From the NCBI RefSeq assembly GCF_009914755.1, contig NC_060926.1: DNA of 64,000 bases; one strand, written 5' to 3'. The DNA is from the human T2T-CHM13v2.0 reference genome, Homo sapiens. Below, piece after piece: positions 12,525-26,459 of the stretch. Below the pieces are notes generated by a model. The model had not been told where the DNA came from. It made no database searches and saw only the letters and a program-made list of their open reading frames with translations. The position numbers were made by a program, and so were the translations under genes. Position 1 is the first letter of the stretch. Each line of letters begins with the position of its first letter.

Positions 12525-13720
12525 AGATTGGCTGAGAAGTAATTCATTGTATGATTATAGCACAGTTTGTTTAGTCATTCACCTGCTGATGGCCATTTGG
12601 GCTATTTCCAATTTTGTAGTACAGTAGTCCCCCTCCTATCCACAGGATAGGTTCCAAGACTCCCCAGTAGATGCCTAAAACTGTGGACAGTACTGACCCC
12701 TATATACACTGACTGTGGATAGTATTGACACTATCCGTGGATTTGATAACTGAGAGGGCTACTAAGTGACAAATGGGTGGGAAGTGTATATGGCGTGGAG
12801 ACACTGGAAAGAGGGAGTATCACTGTCCCTGGTGGAATAAAACAGGACATCACAAGATTTCATCATGATACTGAGAAGAAGGCACAATTTAAAACTTATG
12901 AATTGTTTACTTCTGGAATTTTCCATTTAATAATTTTGGACCATGATTAACCACAGGTGGCAAAAACCATGGAAAACAAAACTGTGGAAAAGCAGGGACT
13001 ACTGTATCATGAATAAAGCTGGTAAGAACAAGTACAGGTCATTTTGTGGACAAGTGTTTTTGCTTCTCTTTGGAAAGTAGAAGTATTGCTAAACCATACA
13101 TAAGTGGATGTTTAATGTATAAGTAACTACTAAATAATTTTCCAAAGTGGCGTATGTTCCCACTAACAAAGTATGAGAATTGCTTCATGTCCTCACCAAC
13201 ATTTTGTGTCTTTAATCTCTATAATTTGAGCTGTTCTAGTACATGGGAAACGGCATTTAGTTCTGGTTTTAATTTGCATTTCCCCAATTACTCATTATGT
13301 TGACTACCTTTGCAAGTGCTTATTGACCATTTGCAAAGTGTCTGTTTTAGGCCTTTTATTAGACCTATCTCTAGGCTGTTCCAGGCCTATTTTTATATTT
13401 GGCCATGTATTTTTTATTATGGATTTATAGAAATTCTTCATGTATACTTGATATAAGTCCTTTGCCAAATAAATATATTGTGAATATTTTCTCCTAGTCT
13501 TTGGCTTATCTCTTTTTCATTTTCTTTCTTTCAAAGAGAAGAATTTCATGAAAATAAATTTATTACTAAAATAAATGTATAATTAATGTATGAGTAGTGT
13601 TTTTTGTATCCTAAGAAATCTTTGCCTAACCCAAGGTAGCAGAGATCGTTTATGCTTTCTTCCACAAGTTTTATAGTTTTAGGCTTTTATTTTTAAGTCT
13701 ATATTGATAAACCTAAAAGT
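12525..13720 (-). mobile_element. Ancient L1M (L1ME/L1MB-like) 3' region, split by MER44
   Basis: gtcattcacctgctgatggccatttgggctatttcca | atgaataaagctg...ttccaaagtggc...gttttaatttgcatttcccca is antisense L1M 3'/ORF2 end. Confidence 0.8.
12622..13004 (-). mobile_element. MER44/Tigger7-type TcMar-Tigger element
   Basis: TIRs cagtagtccc...gggactactg with TA duplication on both sides (12620-12621, 13005-13006). Confidence 0.85.
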
Positions 13721-15500
13721 GTGTTACTTAATTTTTGCATGAAAAATTTTAAGATATTATATGGTTGTTGATTTCTAATACCCACTTAGTTAGAGAATAC
13801 ACTTTGCATAACATGACATAGACAACAGGGATAAGCAATGGGCAATTATTTTTTAAAGAAATTAGAGAAAGACAAAGAGAGTAGTCTTTTATGGTTACAC
13901 ACATATTTTACCTATCCATGGTTGTTAACATCTTGGTATCTGCTTTCCATTCTCAATACCCAAGTTTCCATCTGATGTCATTTCTCTTCAACCTGAAGAA
14001 CTTTCTTTCATATATCCTGGTGATGAATTCTCTCAGCTTCACTTAACTGAAAATGTCTATATTACCTTCATTTTTTGAATGATATATTTTACTGGACATA
14101 GAATTTCAGCATTTATTATTTCGTTACCACAAAATGTTGTCATCTCTGACCTCATTGCTTCTGATAAAAAAACCGATATGATTTATATCATTGGCCCCAC
14201 ACAGGTAATGTGCCTCTGGCTGCTCAAGATTTTTCTCTTTCTCTTAATTTTTCAACAGTTTGACTGTGTTGTGCATGTGTGTGTGAGTGTGTGTGTGCCC
14301 TCTGTGTGTGTGTGTTCATCTTCTTTGGAGTGTTTTGAGATCCTTGGGTTTATAAGTTAGTGCTTTTCATCAAATATAAGACATTTTCAATTACATTTTC
14401 TCTCTATTCCTCTTCTGAAATTATAATTACACATATGTTAAACTATGTGATATTATGCCAGATGTCGCTGATACTCTTTTATTAAAAAATATTTTCTATA
14501 TGTTCTTAAGATTGGATAGCGTATATTGAGCTCTCTGCCAGTTCACTGACCTTTTCTTCTGTTGCCTCCAATCTAATGTTAGGCTTATCCACTGAAATTT
14601 TCATTTCTGAGTTCTAGAAGCTCTATTTGTTTTTGTTTTTTGTTTTACCCCAAGTTGTTGCTATTTTCTTCTCTGATTTTCTATCTGTTCCTTCATTATT
14701 AAAATATTTTCCTTTATGTCCTTGAACATATTTATAATAGCTACTCAAAAATTCTTGTCTACTAATTCCAACACCTAGAGTACCTTGGAGTTTGTTGCTA
14801 TTAACTTTTTTTTTCTTTCGAGTATGAGTCACTTTTTTCTGTTTCTTTGCATGTTTATAAGTTTTTATTATATACTGTGTTTTGTGGATAATAGATTTAG
14901 AGATTCTGGATTCTATTGTTTTCCTTTGGCAACATCAATCAGTTAATTATGGAATGTCACCTTAAAGTTGCAGAACCTTGGTTTTATACTCTTTAGGGTA
15001 GGCCTATTTAGATTTTTCCTTAGTCTTAGGGAGGATCTTTAATCCTGGGGGCATAGTTATTACTCTTAGGTATGACCCCTTCCTAGGATTTTAGTGAAAT
15101 GCCCAAGATGTTTCCAAACAGCTCTTTTGGAAAAATTGATAGGATTTAAACTCCAAAATCTGTCTCCCAATCATTGAGCAATGGGCAATTGGTTGAAATC
15201 ATTATTCAGCTTTAAAAACTTTAGCTCTTTCCAGGATTTATCCCCCTCAATTTCCAGTCACTCTGGCAGCCCCAAACTCTGTCCTCTGACACCTCAAGCA
15301 ATAAGATCACAGCTTTCTGCCTGGCGGACTAGAGAGAGCCCTTAGATAAAAACAGGGTAAGCATAGGAAGCACGGGTGCAGTTCCTTATTTCAAAGGTCA
15401 AACTCCAGTTTCTCTCTGCCAGTGCTTTCAATTTTTAAAAAATATTTTGTTCAGAGTTTATAAGTCTTATCTGCAGGAGGATTGGGCCAGTGGAGGATAC
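13720..15500 (-). mobile_element. Ancient L1M 5'/ORF1-region fragments
   Basis: T-rich antisense L1M-like sequence (tggtgatgaattctctcagctt...aaatgtctatattaccttcattttttgaatgatatattt...ggacatagaatt). Confidence 0.6.
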
Positions 15501-16864
15501 TCCATCATCATTAAAACTAGAACTTCTTCTATACCCACTTTATGGTTCTTAAAATGTATTCCAAAATTGACCTTCACAAAGATTAGACATTCTCACTGGC
15601 AAGAAATGAGAGTCCCTGATATCCTTTCCCCTTGGCAGCCAGAATTTCTTAGACCAAATTGCATAGAATGCCAGAACCTTAGAAAACACCAGACCCAGTA
15701 CTTCCCAGCTCAAGGCTCCTGAATCCCAAAAGCGTTTATGAGGGTAGCACAGGGTCAAATGGCAGCTTCTATAAATTATAAGCACTATGTATTTTTCCAA
15801 GCATAAAATATACAGTTATTCATAACACAAATCTTAAATGTCATTACTTTTGGTTGGAATTACATCATAGTTTTCCTGCAGACATAGGTTTTCTCTTGCT
15901 CATCAGAAGCACTGCTTTATAGTTAAGTACATTTTTGGTCAACCTCAAATGGCAAGGTGTATTATTATTATTGATAAGTGACATGTGGCTTTTAGGACAT
16001 AGGAACCTCAGAAAGAAAGTTTATTAGAAGAATTCTTGGTGGCCCTGGGCACTTTGAATAGTAATGAGTGTTTCTGGTTGATGAATTTAGATTTAATCAT
16101 TGGATCTATCTTTGTTTATAAGAGCTGCTATAGCTTTAGCTTCATTATTTGCTGAGGCCCCAAGACATGAAAGCACTTGCCTGGAGTGACACAGACTGAC
16201 ACCTCTTGTGGGTTCAGAGATCAGAAACTAAGATCAGACTTTGTTCTGAACACAGCAGCATTTATAACTGTGAAGGACTAATTCTGATACCTACCATGTT
16301 TCAGAGACAAAATATAAAAGGGTAAACTTAGAGAAGAGCACTTTAGAGAGGCATCCAGAGAGAATGTTGATGATTGGATGGACATGACCTTTTGAAATGC
16401 CTGTGATTTCTGTTCCATTTCTTACCCCGGCAAGAATAAACCAATTGGAATTCAGGTGAATGAATTTTGATTGAGCACAGATTCATCATATCTTGCCAGG
16501 TTTGTCCTTTATTTGTCTCCAATGCTGATGCATCTGGATTCACATCAACTCCATCCACTACACTTACAAAGGCAAATGCTTCCCCACCTTCTGTAATCAT
16601 GGAGGAAATGTATGGTATAGGGCAAGCACATAGGTGGCTTTTTCTTTATAACTCCTGTAATATCCAGGCCAATGTTACATATTCCTTAATATATATTTAC
16701 TGCAGCAAAATTTAGATTTATTTCACCATATTTTTCCCCAGAAAAGCCAGCATCCCCATTTACAGAAGCAATCACAGAAACATGGAGAAATTCATTACAG
16801 TCTTAGTGCCTCAGAAGGACATAAATCAACTTTTAATTACCTCTACCTGGAGATGCTTGGTGCA

Positions 16865-16978
16865 ATGTGCTGTGTGTGTGAGACTGAATGTGTGTGTGTG
16901 TGTCGGAGATTGAGTGTGTGAGTGTCTGAGAAGTGTGTGAGGGTGTGAGGTGGGTGTATGTGAGATTGTGTGTGAGAG
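16865..16978. repeat. TG-rich low-complexity tract
   Basis: Interrupted (TG)n/(TGAG)n. Confidence 0.8.
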
Positions 16979-17236
16979 TTAGCTACGCATCTCCTCTGTC
17001 TCCTCAGAGCCATTTCTTTTCTAATTGTGCTCTCAGACAACCAGCCAGCTAAGCAGGGTCTGGCGAGTCTGAGACATTCATGCTGGGGTTTGCATGAAGC
17101 TTGTCTCCAGGAATCCAGGACACAGTTTAGATTTGCTCAGACCCGTCTCAGCAGCCTGGAGTTAGGATGACCAGATCCTTTGAAAGGTAAAGAAGCTGCT
17201 GCATAGGAAACAGAAATGAGTCAATTTCTGGGAAGT

Positions 17237-17610
17237 TGCTAGAGTTTGAATATTTGTCCCCTCCAAAACATGTGTTGAAATTTAATTCTCGGTATGTCAG
17301 TATTGAGAGACAGTGCCTTTAACAGGTAACTGAGTCATGAAGGTTCTTCCCTTATGAATCACAGGGTTATCATAGGAGTGGGACTGATGTCTTCATAAAA
17401 AAGGAAGCGAGACCTGAGCTAGCAGGTGAGCATGCTCAGCCCCCTTGCCATTTGATGCTCTGTGCTGCCTCAGGACTCTATAGAGAGTCCCCACCAGCAA
17501 GACAGCCCCACTAGATGTGGCCCCTCCACCTTGGATTTCTTGGCCTCCAGAAGAAAATAATAAATGCCTGGTTTCGAGTGCTCTGTTATATGCCACAGAA
17601 AAAGACAGGA
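17237..17610 (+). mobile_element. MSTC/MSTD-like MaLR solo LTR
   Basis: tgctagagtttgaatatttgtcccctccaaaac...gagacctgagctagc...agagagtccccaccagcaag. Confidence 0.85.
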
Positions 17611-18165
17611 GTGGAGAGGCTTATAACCCCCAGGATGGCCACAGGCTTATATCCCTTTTATCCTCAGGGGCGAACCCTTGCCTACCTGTTTTTCCATCCA
17701 GCCAGGCCAGCACTGTAGCAGAGGGAAAACCCAAGGGCCCCATATCCTTGCAATGCAGCCAGGACTAGTGTCCAAAAATATACTGGGAATGGTGCTGTGA
17801 CTACATGCTGTGAATGGAAACAGCCTGACTGCAGAGGGAGGAGTCAGGAGGGGCTTCCCAGAGGACAGGGTGGGGTGGGGTTCACCCCTAGTGCAGCCTC
17901 AGCAGGAGAATGGGGGGTTGTTCTCTCTCCACTGTGAACCTGGTGTTCTTCCCTTCTCTGGGGTCTGGCTCTTCTACTGAGAGAACAAGGTGGGCAACAG
18001 AAGTCACCAAAACCTCCTCCAGTTGTGCAATGCTAACCTTGAGAGCAGGGCCAGGCTGAGACAAACACAGAACCCAGCTTCTTGCAGATAAGATGTGAAA
18101 AGAGTCTGTTACTCATTCCAGGTCCTGTGGCACTTTTAGCAGAGATGGATGTTTCCAGCTGGGGC

Positions 18166-18519
18166 TTGCCTTAGTTTACTAGAGACACTGTAACAAAACA
18201 CCTTAGACTGGGTAATTTGTAGGTAATAGACATTTATTTCTCAGTTTTGGAGGCTGGAAGTCCAAGATCAAGGCGCAGGCAGATTTGGCGTCTGGTGAGG
18301 GCCCACTCTGTACTTCATAGATGGTGCCCCTTGCTGTGTCCTCACAAGGTGGAAGGGGCAAGCAAGCTCTGCTGCAGCTGTTTTGTAAGGGCACTAATCC
18401 CATCTAGGAGGCCTCCACCCTCATGAGTTAATCATCTCCTAAATGCCCACCTCTTAATACTATTACACTGGTAGTTGTCTCAACATATACATTTCAAGGG
18501 GACACATTCAGGCCTTGCA
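18166..18519 (-). mobile_element. MLT1A/MLT1A0 MaLR solo LTR
   Basis: ggaggctggaagtccaagatcaaggcgcaggcagatttggcgtctggtgagggcc...gggacacattcag. Confidence 0.85.
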
Positions 18520-18940
18520 GGGCTTTAGATCCCACCACTTCATCTTATCCTCTTTCTTGTCCCTTCTCCCTTCTCCTGAAGCTTGAACTGAAAGATGCTT
18601 GATTTTGGCCTCTACTTTGTCCTCATTGCCATTTGTGACAAATGAAGAAATTCTATGTATGGTGAGGACAGCACCATGGAGCCCCTTAGACTTTAGACTT
18701 GTCCATTTGGCTCTGTGGATATGGGTTGTATTTTCTCTACTTTTCTTTGAGCTCTCCAAATAAAAACAGTTGATAATCTGAATACATTGACCATGTATTC
18801 TAGAGGTATACAGAAACATGTGTGGACTCTGAAGCCAAACTTTCTGGTTTAGTCCTAACTTCAACACATATTAGAAGTATGACTTGGGCATAAATTATCT
18901 GGGTCTCAGTTTTCTCGTCTGTTAAAAAAGACAGTGATAC

Positions 18941-19204
18941 AGCCAGGTGCGGTGGCTCACGCCTGTAATCCCAGCACTTTGGGAGGCTGAGGAGGGCAGA
19001 TCACTTGAGGTCAGGAGTTTGAGACCAGCCTGGCCAACATGGCAAAACCCCGTCTCTACTAAAAATACAAAAATTAGCCCGGCGTGGTGGCTGGTGCCTG
19101 TAATCCCAGATACTCTGGAGGCTGAGGTGGGAGGCGGAGGTTGCAGTGAGCTGAGATTGCCGCCACTGCACCCAAGCCTGGGCGACAGAGCAAGACTTCA
19201 TCTC

Positions 19205-19236
<32 letters not shown>

Positions 19237-19245
19237 GAAAAAAAA
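18941..19245 (+). mobile_element. AluS (Sx/Sz-like) with a short right-arm deletion and (GAAAA)n tail
   Basis: Dimeric Alu; TSD aaaaaagacagtgata (18924-18939) / aaaaaagacagttata (19240-19255). Confidence 0.95.
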
Positions 19246-19255
19246 GACAGTTATA

Positions 19256-19698
19256 TAATAGCAAAGACATGGAATCAACTTAAATGCCCATCAATGATAG
19301 ACTGGACAAAGAAAATGTGGTACATATACACCATGGAATACTATGAAGCCATAAAAAGAATGAGATCATTTCCTTTGCAGGCACATGGATGGAGCTAGAG
19401 GCCCTCGTCCTTAGCAAACTAATGCAGGAACAGAAAACCAAGTATCACATGTTCTTACTTACAAGTGGGAACAAAATGATGACAACATATGGATACTTAG
19501 GGGGAACAACACATATTGGGGTCTGTTGGGTGAGTAGGGGATGGAAGGAGGGAGAAGATCAGGAAAAATAACTAATGGGTACTAGTCTTAATATCTGGGT
19601 GATAAAATAATCTGTACAACAAACCCCCATGACATAAGTTTACCTATGTAACAAACCTGCACATGTACCCGTGAACTTAAAATAAAAATGAAAAAAAA
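19256..19698 (+). mobile_element. 5'-truncated older L1PA (PA13-16-like) 3' end
   Basis: ORF2 C-terminus and 3'UTR: gaaaatgtggtacatatacaccatggaatac...aacaaacctgcacatgtacccgtgaacttaaaataaaa. Confidence 0.9.
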
Positions 19699-20384
19699 CA
19701 GTGATAGTACCTACCTCATAGTATTGTTCTTGGAATTATGTTAGCCATTATATAATTCTTAAAGAGTTCCTGGCATGTAGAAAGTACTATGTAAGTGACA
19801 GCCATCGTTGCTTTTGTAATGATTATTTTGCTTCCTTTCTTTTTGTTCATTGCACATTTAAATTTCTAAAAGAGATTCCAATGTCTTTATTATTAAGGTG
19901 AGAGGAAAGCCTGAATTTACCTTCCCCTTCTTCCCAGCTCTGCCCCTCACAGCCCCCAGACCTTTGCTTTGCTTGCTGGACCCAAAGACACACAATTCTT
20001 GTCCCTGTGCCTGGGAAGGGGTGTTGGGATTCAGGGCAGATGTATTTACCAGACTGTGGTTTGGGCCCCTGTGTTGTCTTTTAACTTATAAAATATCTGT
20101 ATAATTATTTTTCATTACTAGCCACCACATTCCTTTGTTATAACTGCTTTTTTGAAAATGAATATATGCACATTGTAAACAATTTCAAGTGAAACCGCCT
20201 CCCCATCCCTTGTCTGATGGCTAGTCTCCCTCCCCTGAGGGCCGACGCCACTGCTTGCCAATTTTGACATAAGGCTTGAAACCAATGAGTGTCCAGTGAC
20301 TGGGTGAGTTTGGTTCCTCCTACTTGTCTTGGCAATCTCAAACAGTTCCAGGAGAAGATTGTTTCTTGGAGAGTGGGTGGCAAT

Positions 20385-20630
20385 GAAATAATAGCAATGG
20401 TGGTCAACCTTTATTGAGCAGGAATTGTCTGCCAGGCACCCTTCCAGGAGCTTTGCCTGAGGGATCTCGTGATCTTTGTGATGAGCTATCGAGGCGGCTA
20501 CTGCTGCAACCTGGGATGGAGATGCCCAGGTGGAGGCCCAGAGAACGGAAGTGTCCTTCTAAGGCCTAACTAACAGATAGGGGACTTCCATCTGCTCCAA
20601 GGATATCTAGTTCCAGAGTCCACACTCTTG
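20385..20630 (-). mobile_element. MIR SINE
   Basis: tttattgagc...tgccaggcac...gaggcccagagaacggaagtg...tccagagtccacactctt. Confidence 0.6.
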
Positions 20631-21536
20631 GAATCTAGAAAACTCCATCAGGACTAATTTATGAGCATCTTAGAACCACTTTCCCTGAAATTTCCTTTCT
20701 ACAAACCTAGGAAGGGTTTTTTCTCCCTTCTTCCTAGCAAGTTCTTAGCTTTTTATGGAATAAGAAAATGCACAGAGTGGCCTTCATCCTGGACAGGCTC
20801 CTTTGATGTGAGCCACGAGGCACCTAGGGCTGGGTCATCTGTGGCCTCTGCAGGTGGCCACCACGTGTCCTTGGGCTTCCCCATCTGCTCCAGGCTTTGG
20901 TCTTTTAATTTCAAAAGCAGGGAAAGAGCAGGCTCACCTGAACCTTCTCCAGAGTTCTTTCTATTACTCAGAGTCCATCTAGCTAAACATGTTTTTAAAA
21001 ATATTTATTTGCACTGGTGAGCCCATGGCCATGGTGGAAGTGGGGACATGGGTAAGCAAGAGTCCACCCTGCCCCACGGAGCTCACGTTCCGCAGGAGTG
21101 GAACACACAGCAGCCCTGGGCAAGGCACCTCTGGCCTGTCCCTCACCTGCTTTGCACCTGGTTATGCTTCCCTTACTCCCAGTAGCAAGTGCCCCAGGAA
21201 CCCCGTGGGTGACCTACTCAGTGGTAGGCTGTGCCTGCTTGCAGGAGGGACCAGAAGGCTACCTGGGGTTACTTCTCAGGCATGAGCCAAGGGTCACATT
21301 ATAAAAGCTATGCCAGATTCCCCATAGATGATCCTCTATCCAAAAATTAGGAGCTCTTAAGTCATAAGATGAGTCAAATCTACCCCCTTAGGACTCAACA
21401 TAGCTATGTTCAGTTTTACTGGAAAATAAGTCACTGGAAAGCACTTTTTATGGTTTTCTAAATCTCTCTTATGCCCAAAGAAGTGGTTCAGCCCTGGTCT
21501 AAGGCACTGCTCACTTACTCTGATTGCCATCTTCAG

Positions 21537-21576
21537 CATCATCGTGATGATGATAATGATGATGATGATGATGATA
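21537..21576. repeat. (GAT)n trinucleotide repeat
   Basis: gatgatgataatgatgatgatgatgatgat. Confidence 0.85.
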
Positions 21577-22301
21577 TAACAAGATAGTAGCAATAACAAG
21601 AGCTGCCTCCTCCCAGTTGTGAAATTATGTTTATGGATATCTGGGGCTCACTGTTCTCTTTAGGAATGACCCCTGAGGGCTCATGGCTCCCAGCCCCCAG
21701 TACCGCAGGTAAAGCAGTGACCCTATCTCCAGAAACGTGGGTACCACCACCACAGTCATAGCTTAGATGGGGCAAAGAGTGCTGACTCCAGAAGCCGCCA
21801 TCATCACCGACTGTGTCGAATTTGGAAATGGGGACAGAAATGTACACATACCCATGGGCTTTGCAGAGAGGCCATCAAATCGACTGTTTCTTTTTGGTTG
21901 TAAAACCCTGAGGATCTCTCTGCATTTCTTCCCTTCCCACCCCCATTGTTTAAGCCTCAGTTTCTCCTTTGAGCTACCTGGGATTCTGATGGGCAGGATT
22001 GCTCGGTAAGCGCTAAGCTCTGTCCACAACTCAGCCATTTTGTGTCTCTGGTTTGCTTTGGATGGCAGTTTTCCCCTTATCCTGCCCAGATTTCCAGTAT
22101 CCAAGCCCGTTATTTTCTTATATTCTTCTTTATGACCTGTATTTTTCCAAAGATTGGGAAGCAAAAATGTCAAGGTGATAGATGCATATAGATAGGTAAA
22201 AAGATGACAGTCAGTTTTAATCCTCATTTTGCTTTTCTGTATTTCCAAAATTTCTACAAGGAACATCTATTGTATTTGTAATAAGAAAAATAGTCTAATG
22301 A

Positions 22302-22692
<391 letters not shown>

Positions 22693-23558
22693 TTAGTTAA
22701 AAGCTTTTCCTCCAGCCCTATGACCACAGGGGTAACAACTCAACTCCTCAGGCCATGAAATTTCAGAGGGTTATCTTTGTCCTGAGCCTCAGACTTCTGT
22801 GGATCCAACAAGGGAAGGGCTGTCCGGCAGTGGAGACTTGACATCTCACTGGCTCCCAATACTTGCAGCTGCAGTGTTTCTTGAGCACTACTGTGTCACA
22901 CACGGCCTGAGTGCCTGCCCCCATCTTCAGAGAATGGCACCCGGGTCTGGTTGGCTCACCTCACTCAAAGTGGCAGGACCGTCTCTACTGCATGCATTTT
23001 CTGTGTGGTATGTTTTTCTTTCTTTGGTAGCTCATAAAATTCCCCTATCTGTGCTGGGCCTCTTGGTCTTTAATCTTCAACCTCTGCTGGAGCTGTCCCT
23101 ATTTCTTTTTAATTATGCCTCTTTTTTTATGGAAGTTTCCTATTAAATTTTTATGACTATATAGAGCTGTGGATAGACTCCAACAAAAATGAAATCTTTA
23201 TGGAATAGTCATTTCTCTCCAGGAGCCCCTGATAGATGTTCCTCTGTGGATAGACACACATGTGTGGTGGGGGTGGGGAAAGTCCCTCTGGTCTTGGCTG
23301 CAGCTCGGCAGGATGCGGGAGAGGCAGCTGAGCTGCTTATTCCTCAGCGTGAGGGCTGCTGGGAGCGTGGGGTGCAGCTCAGCTGGGGGGGTGGGGGTGA
23401 CGTGGGATGCAGAGGATAAGAAGTAAATCTTCCCTAGGTGTAATTTCTTTGCCTTGGTGTCTGCTGAATTAGCACTGCTCCCTAATCCCAAGCCATCAAG
23501 CTACATGGCTGCATATGAGCGGAGACATGCCCCGTTACTCCTTATTCAGAACCTTCAT

Positions 23559-23706
23559 GGCCAGGCACGTTGGCTCATGCCTGTAATCCCATCACTTTGG
23601 GAGGCCAAGTGGCAGATCGCTTGAGCCCAGGAGTTCGAGACCAGCCTGGGCAACATAGTGAGACCCTTCTCTATATAACATAAAAATTAAAAAAAAAAAA
23701 AAAAAA
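23559..23706 (+). mobile_element. FLAM_C / free left Alu monomer
   Basis: Single monomer ggccaggcacgttggctcatgcctgtaatccca...gcttgagcccaggagttcgagaccagcctgggcaacatagtgagaccc followed by an A tail. Confidence 0.88.
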
Positions 23707-23784
23707 GGAGAAGAAAAGAAAAGAATCTCCTGCCCAGGTCTGCCAGCTGAGCTTGCAAAAATGTTATCCTTGGGGCTAACATTC

Positions 23785-24140
23785 TGTATTAGTTCATTTT
23801 CTCGCTGCTGATAAAGACATACCTGAAACTGGGAACAAAAAGAGGTTTAATTGGACTTACAGTTCCACATGGCTGTGGAGGCCTCAGAATCATGGCAGGA
23901 GATGAAGGGCACTTCTTACAAGGCAGCGGCAAGAGAATAATGAGGAAAAAGCAAAAGTGGAAACCCCTGATAAACCCATCAGATCTCGTGAGACTTATAA
24001 ACTATCATGAGAATAACACAGGAAAGACTGGCCCCCGTGATTCAATTGCCTCACCCCTGGGTCCCTCCCACAACACGTGGGAATTCTGGGAGATACAATT
24101 CAAGTTGAGATTTGGATGGGGACACAGCCAAACCATATCA
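23785..24140 (-). mobile_element. THE1 (THE1C-like) MaLR solo LTR
   Basis: tgtattagttc...gaaacccctgataaacccatcagatctcgtgagac...ccaaaccatatca; TSD cattc/catcc. Confidence 0.92.
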
Positions 24141-24311
24141 CATCCTAAGTGACTGTCTGGGGTCACTGGACCCTGGCATGCTTCCCCCTGTGCCAGCTAC
24201 CAGCTATGTGGTCTGGGAATGGCTTGGGATCCACAGATAGCTCTCCAGGGGGGTCACGGACCAGAGTTGCTGTTGCAGGGTGTGAGTCCCCTTGCCAGGG
24301 AGGGAAGGGAC

Positions 24312-24900
24312 AGTCATTCACTTATAAACAGATGTTGGGACTCACCCAAATTGAGTGCTGGGCCTAGATCAGGGCACCAGGGATTTCTCATTCTTAGTCC
24401 CGTGGAGCTGATGTTCCTGAAGGAGGAAATGGAGAAAACTCAAGAAAGCATGTAAACGAGTGAGGTGGTTTTAGATTGTGGTGAATGCTGGGGGGCAAAC
24501 GGAGAAATTAAGAGGGCTGCCAAGGGAGGAGGAGGGAGGGGTTCTCATTTCAACAATGTTCAGGGAAGGCTGCCTGCTGGGGCGATCCTGGAGCTGGGAC
24601 AGGATGATGAGGGGCTTGCATACTCAGATCAGGGGCAGAGCCTTCCAGGCAGCAGGACCAACAAGTGCAAAGGCCCTGAGGTGGAATGAGTTTGTCAAGT
24701 TGAGAAACTTGTCAAGATGAGCGTGGCTGGGACAGTGTAAGCCATGGGGAGAGTGGAGAGACAGGAGGCTGGGTCAGGCATGGGAGATTTTTAATCCTTG
24801 CTAACTTACTTTAAATGTCTAAAGACACCATTTTGACTGCTGGACAAAGAATGGACTATGGAATTGCATTAAAGTCCAGAGGTCCAGTTTTTGGAACCAC
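24312..24900 (-). mobile_element. L2 LINE fragment
   Basis: gggcagagccttccaggcagcaggaccaacaagtgcaaaggccctgaggtgg is a typical antisense L2 3' segment. Confidence 0.7.
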
Positions 24901-25279
24901 CAGGAAGGCAACACAATGCGCCTACTCTCAAAGGGATTTGGGGAATGGAAGAAGGTGGGGTTATTGTTTCATCAGGCTGCTTGGATTTAGACCTGTTTTC
25001 TTAAGCTGCAAGATCTCCTACAAAACTGGATCCTCACCTAAGTTTGGAGGACAACTGAGAAGTGATAGTTATGTTTGCCTCCCTGCAGAGAATAAACTCT
25101 CAGGAGAGGATGGAGCACTGCAGCTCTTACCTATGAAAGTTGATAAGGAAGGGAGTCTCCAATGTGAGTGTGGCAACTGTCTACTCACTGGAAGGAACAG
25201 TGATACATATCATAATAGGGAAGGAAATGAACAGCATCCATTATGTGATGGCGTCTATCCCATGTGTTAGGTCCTGTAA

Positions 25280-25420
25280 CTGACAACAGCCGCCCTGAAA
25301 AGTATTATTGCATATGAGACTGGAGACCAGAGAGGTTAAGTAAATTGCCCAAGATCACATAGCTACTAAGAGGCAGAGCTGGGGTTTGGACTCGCGTCGG
25401 CCTGACTCCAATGCCCTTGC
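25280..25420 (-). mobile_element. MIR SINE
   Basis: cagagaggttaagtaaattgcccaagatcacatagctactaagaggcagagctggggtttgga. Confidence 0.85.
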
Positions 25421-25774
25421 ATCTGTCACTCATGCCCATAGCCCTAGTCAACACCCACATGCTAAAGGCGTCAGTGGTCCCCTCTAACAAAAGCTGTTAT
25501 GGCTTCTCAGAGAGACTGGAGTCCATGGCTGGGAGAGGCAGGGGTACCCTGGGAGAACCATGTGTCATCAGGGTTCTTTCCAGGCCCTTCCAGCCACCCA
25601 CCCATGGGCATAAGGCCTACCCCAGCTCTGCAAGGTTTCAAAAAAACATGCTTGACACTTGAACAAAAATTGGCTCCAAAACATAAGAAGAAAGCTGCAA
25701 AACCATAATTAGTAATTTAGATCAATAAAGAATAAGGACTATAAAGAAGAGAGTAGGGGAAGTAGGGAAAAAAA

Positions 25775-25885
25775 GGAACATGATGTATTTATTACCATTG
25801 AACAATACACTTAAAATGGTAAAGATGGTAAATCATATATGTATATTTTACCTCAATAAAAAAAGAATTAAATTAAAAAAATAAG
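25775..25885 (+). mobile_element. L1M 3' terminal fragment
   Basis: ccattgaacaatacacttaaaatggtaaagatggtaaatcatatatgtatattttacctcaataaaaa. Confidence 0.7.
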
Positions 25886-26100
25886 CAAAACAAACGATCT
25901 TATTTTACCTTCATTTATGCTTTCTCTGCCCTGCATCTCTGCCTGATGCTGACCCCAGTTTCTGACTAATAAGGTTTTCCTTCTGCCTGAAGAGCTTCTG
26001 CAAAGCTGTCCTTAGGACAGATCTACTCGCTAGGAATTCCCTCAGTTTTTGTTTGAGAAAAATATTTATTTCTGTCTCACTTTTTTAAAAATTAAGCTTT

Positions 26101-26452
<352 letters not shown>

Positions 26453-26459
26453 TAAGCTT

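Larger units (their letters stand above)
18815..19810 (+). mobile_element. MIR interrupted by nested Alu and L1PA insertions
   Basis: MIR 5' half (ggactctgaagccaaac...tctcagttttctcgtctgt) resumes at ~19700 (gatagtacctacctcatag...cctggcatgtag). Confidence 0.75.
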
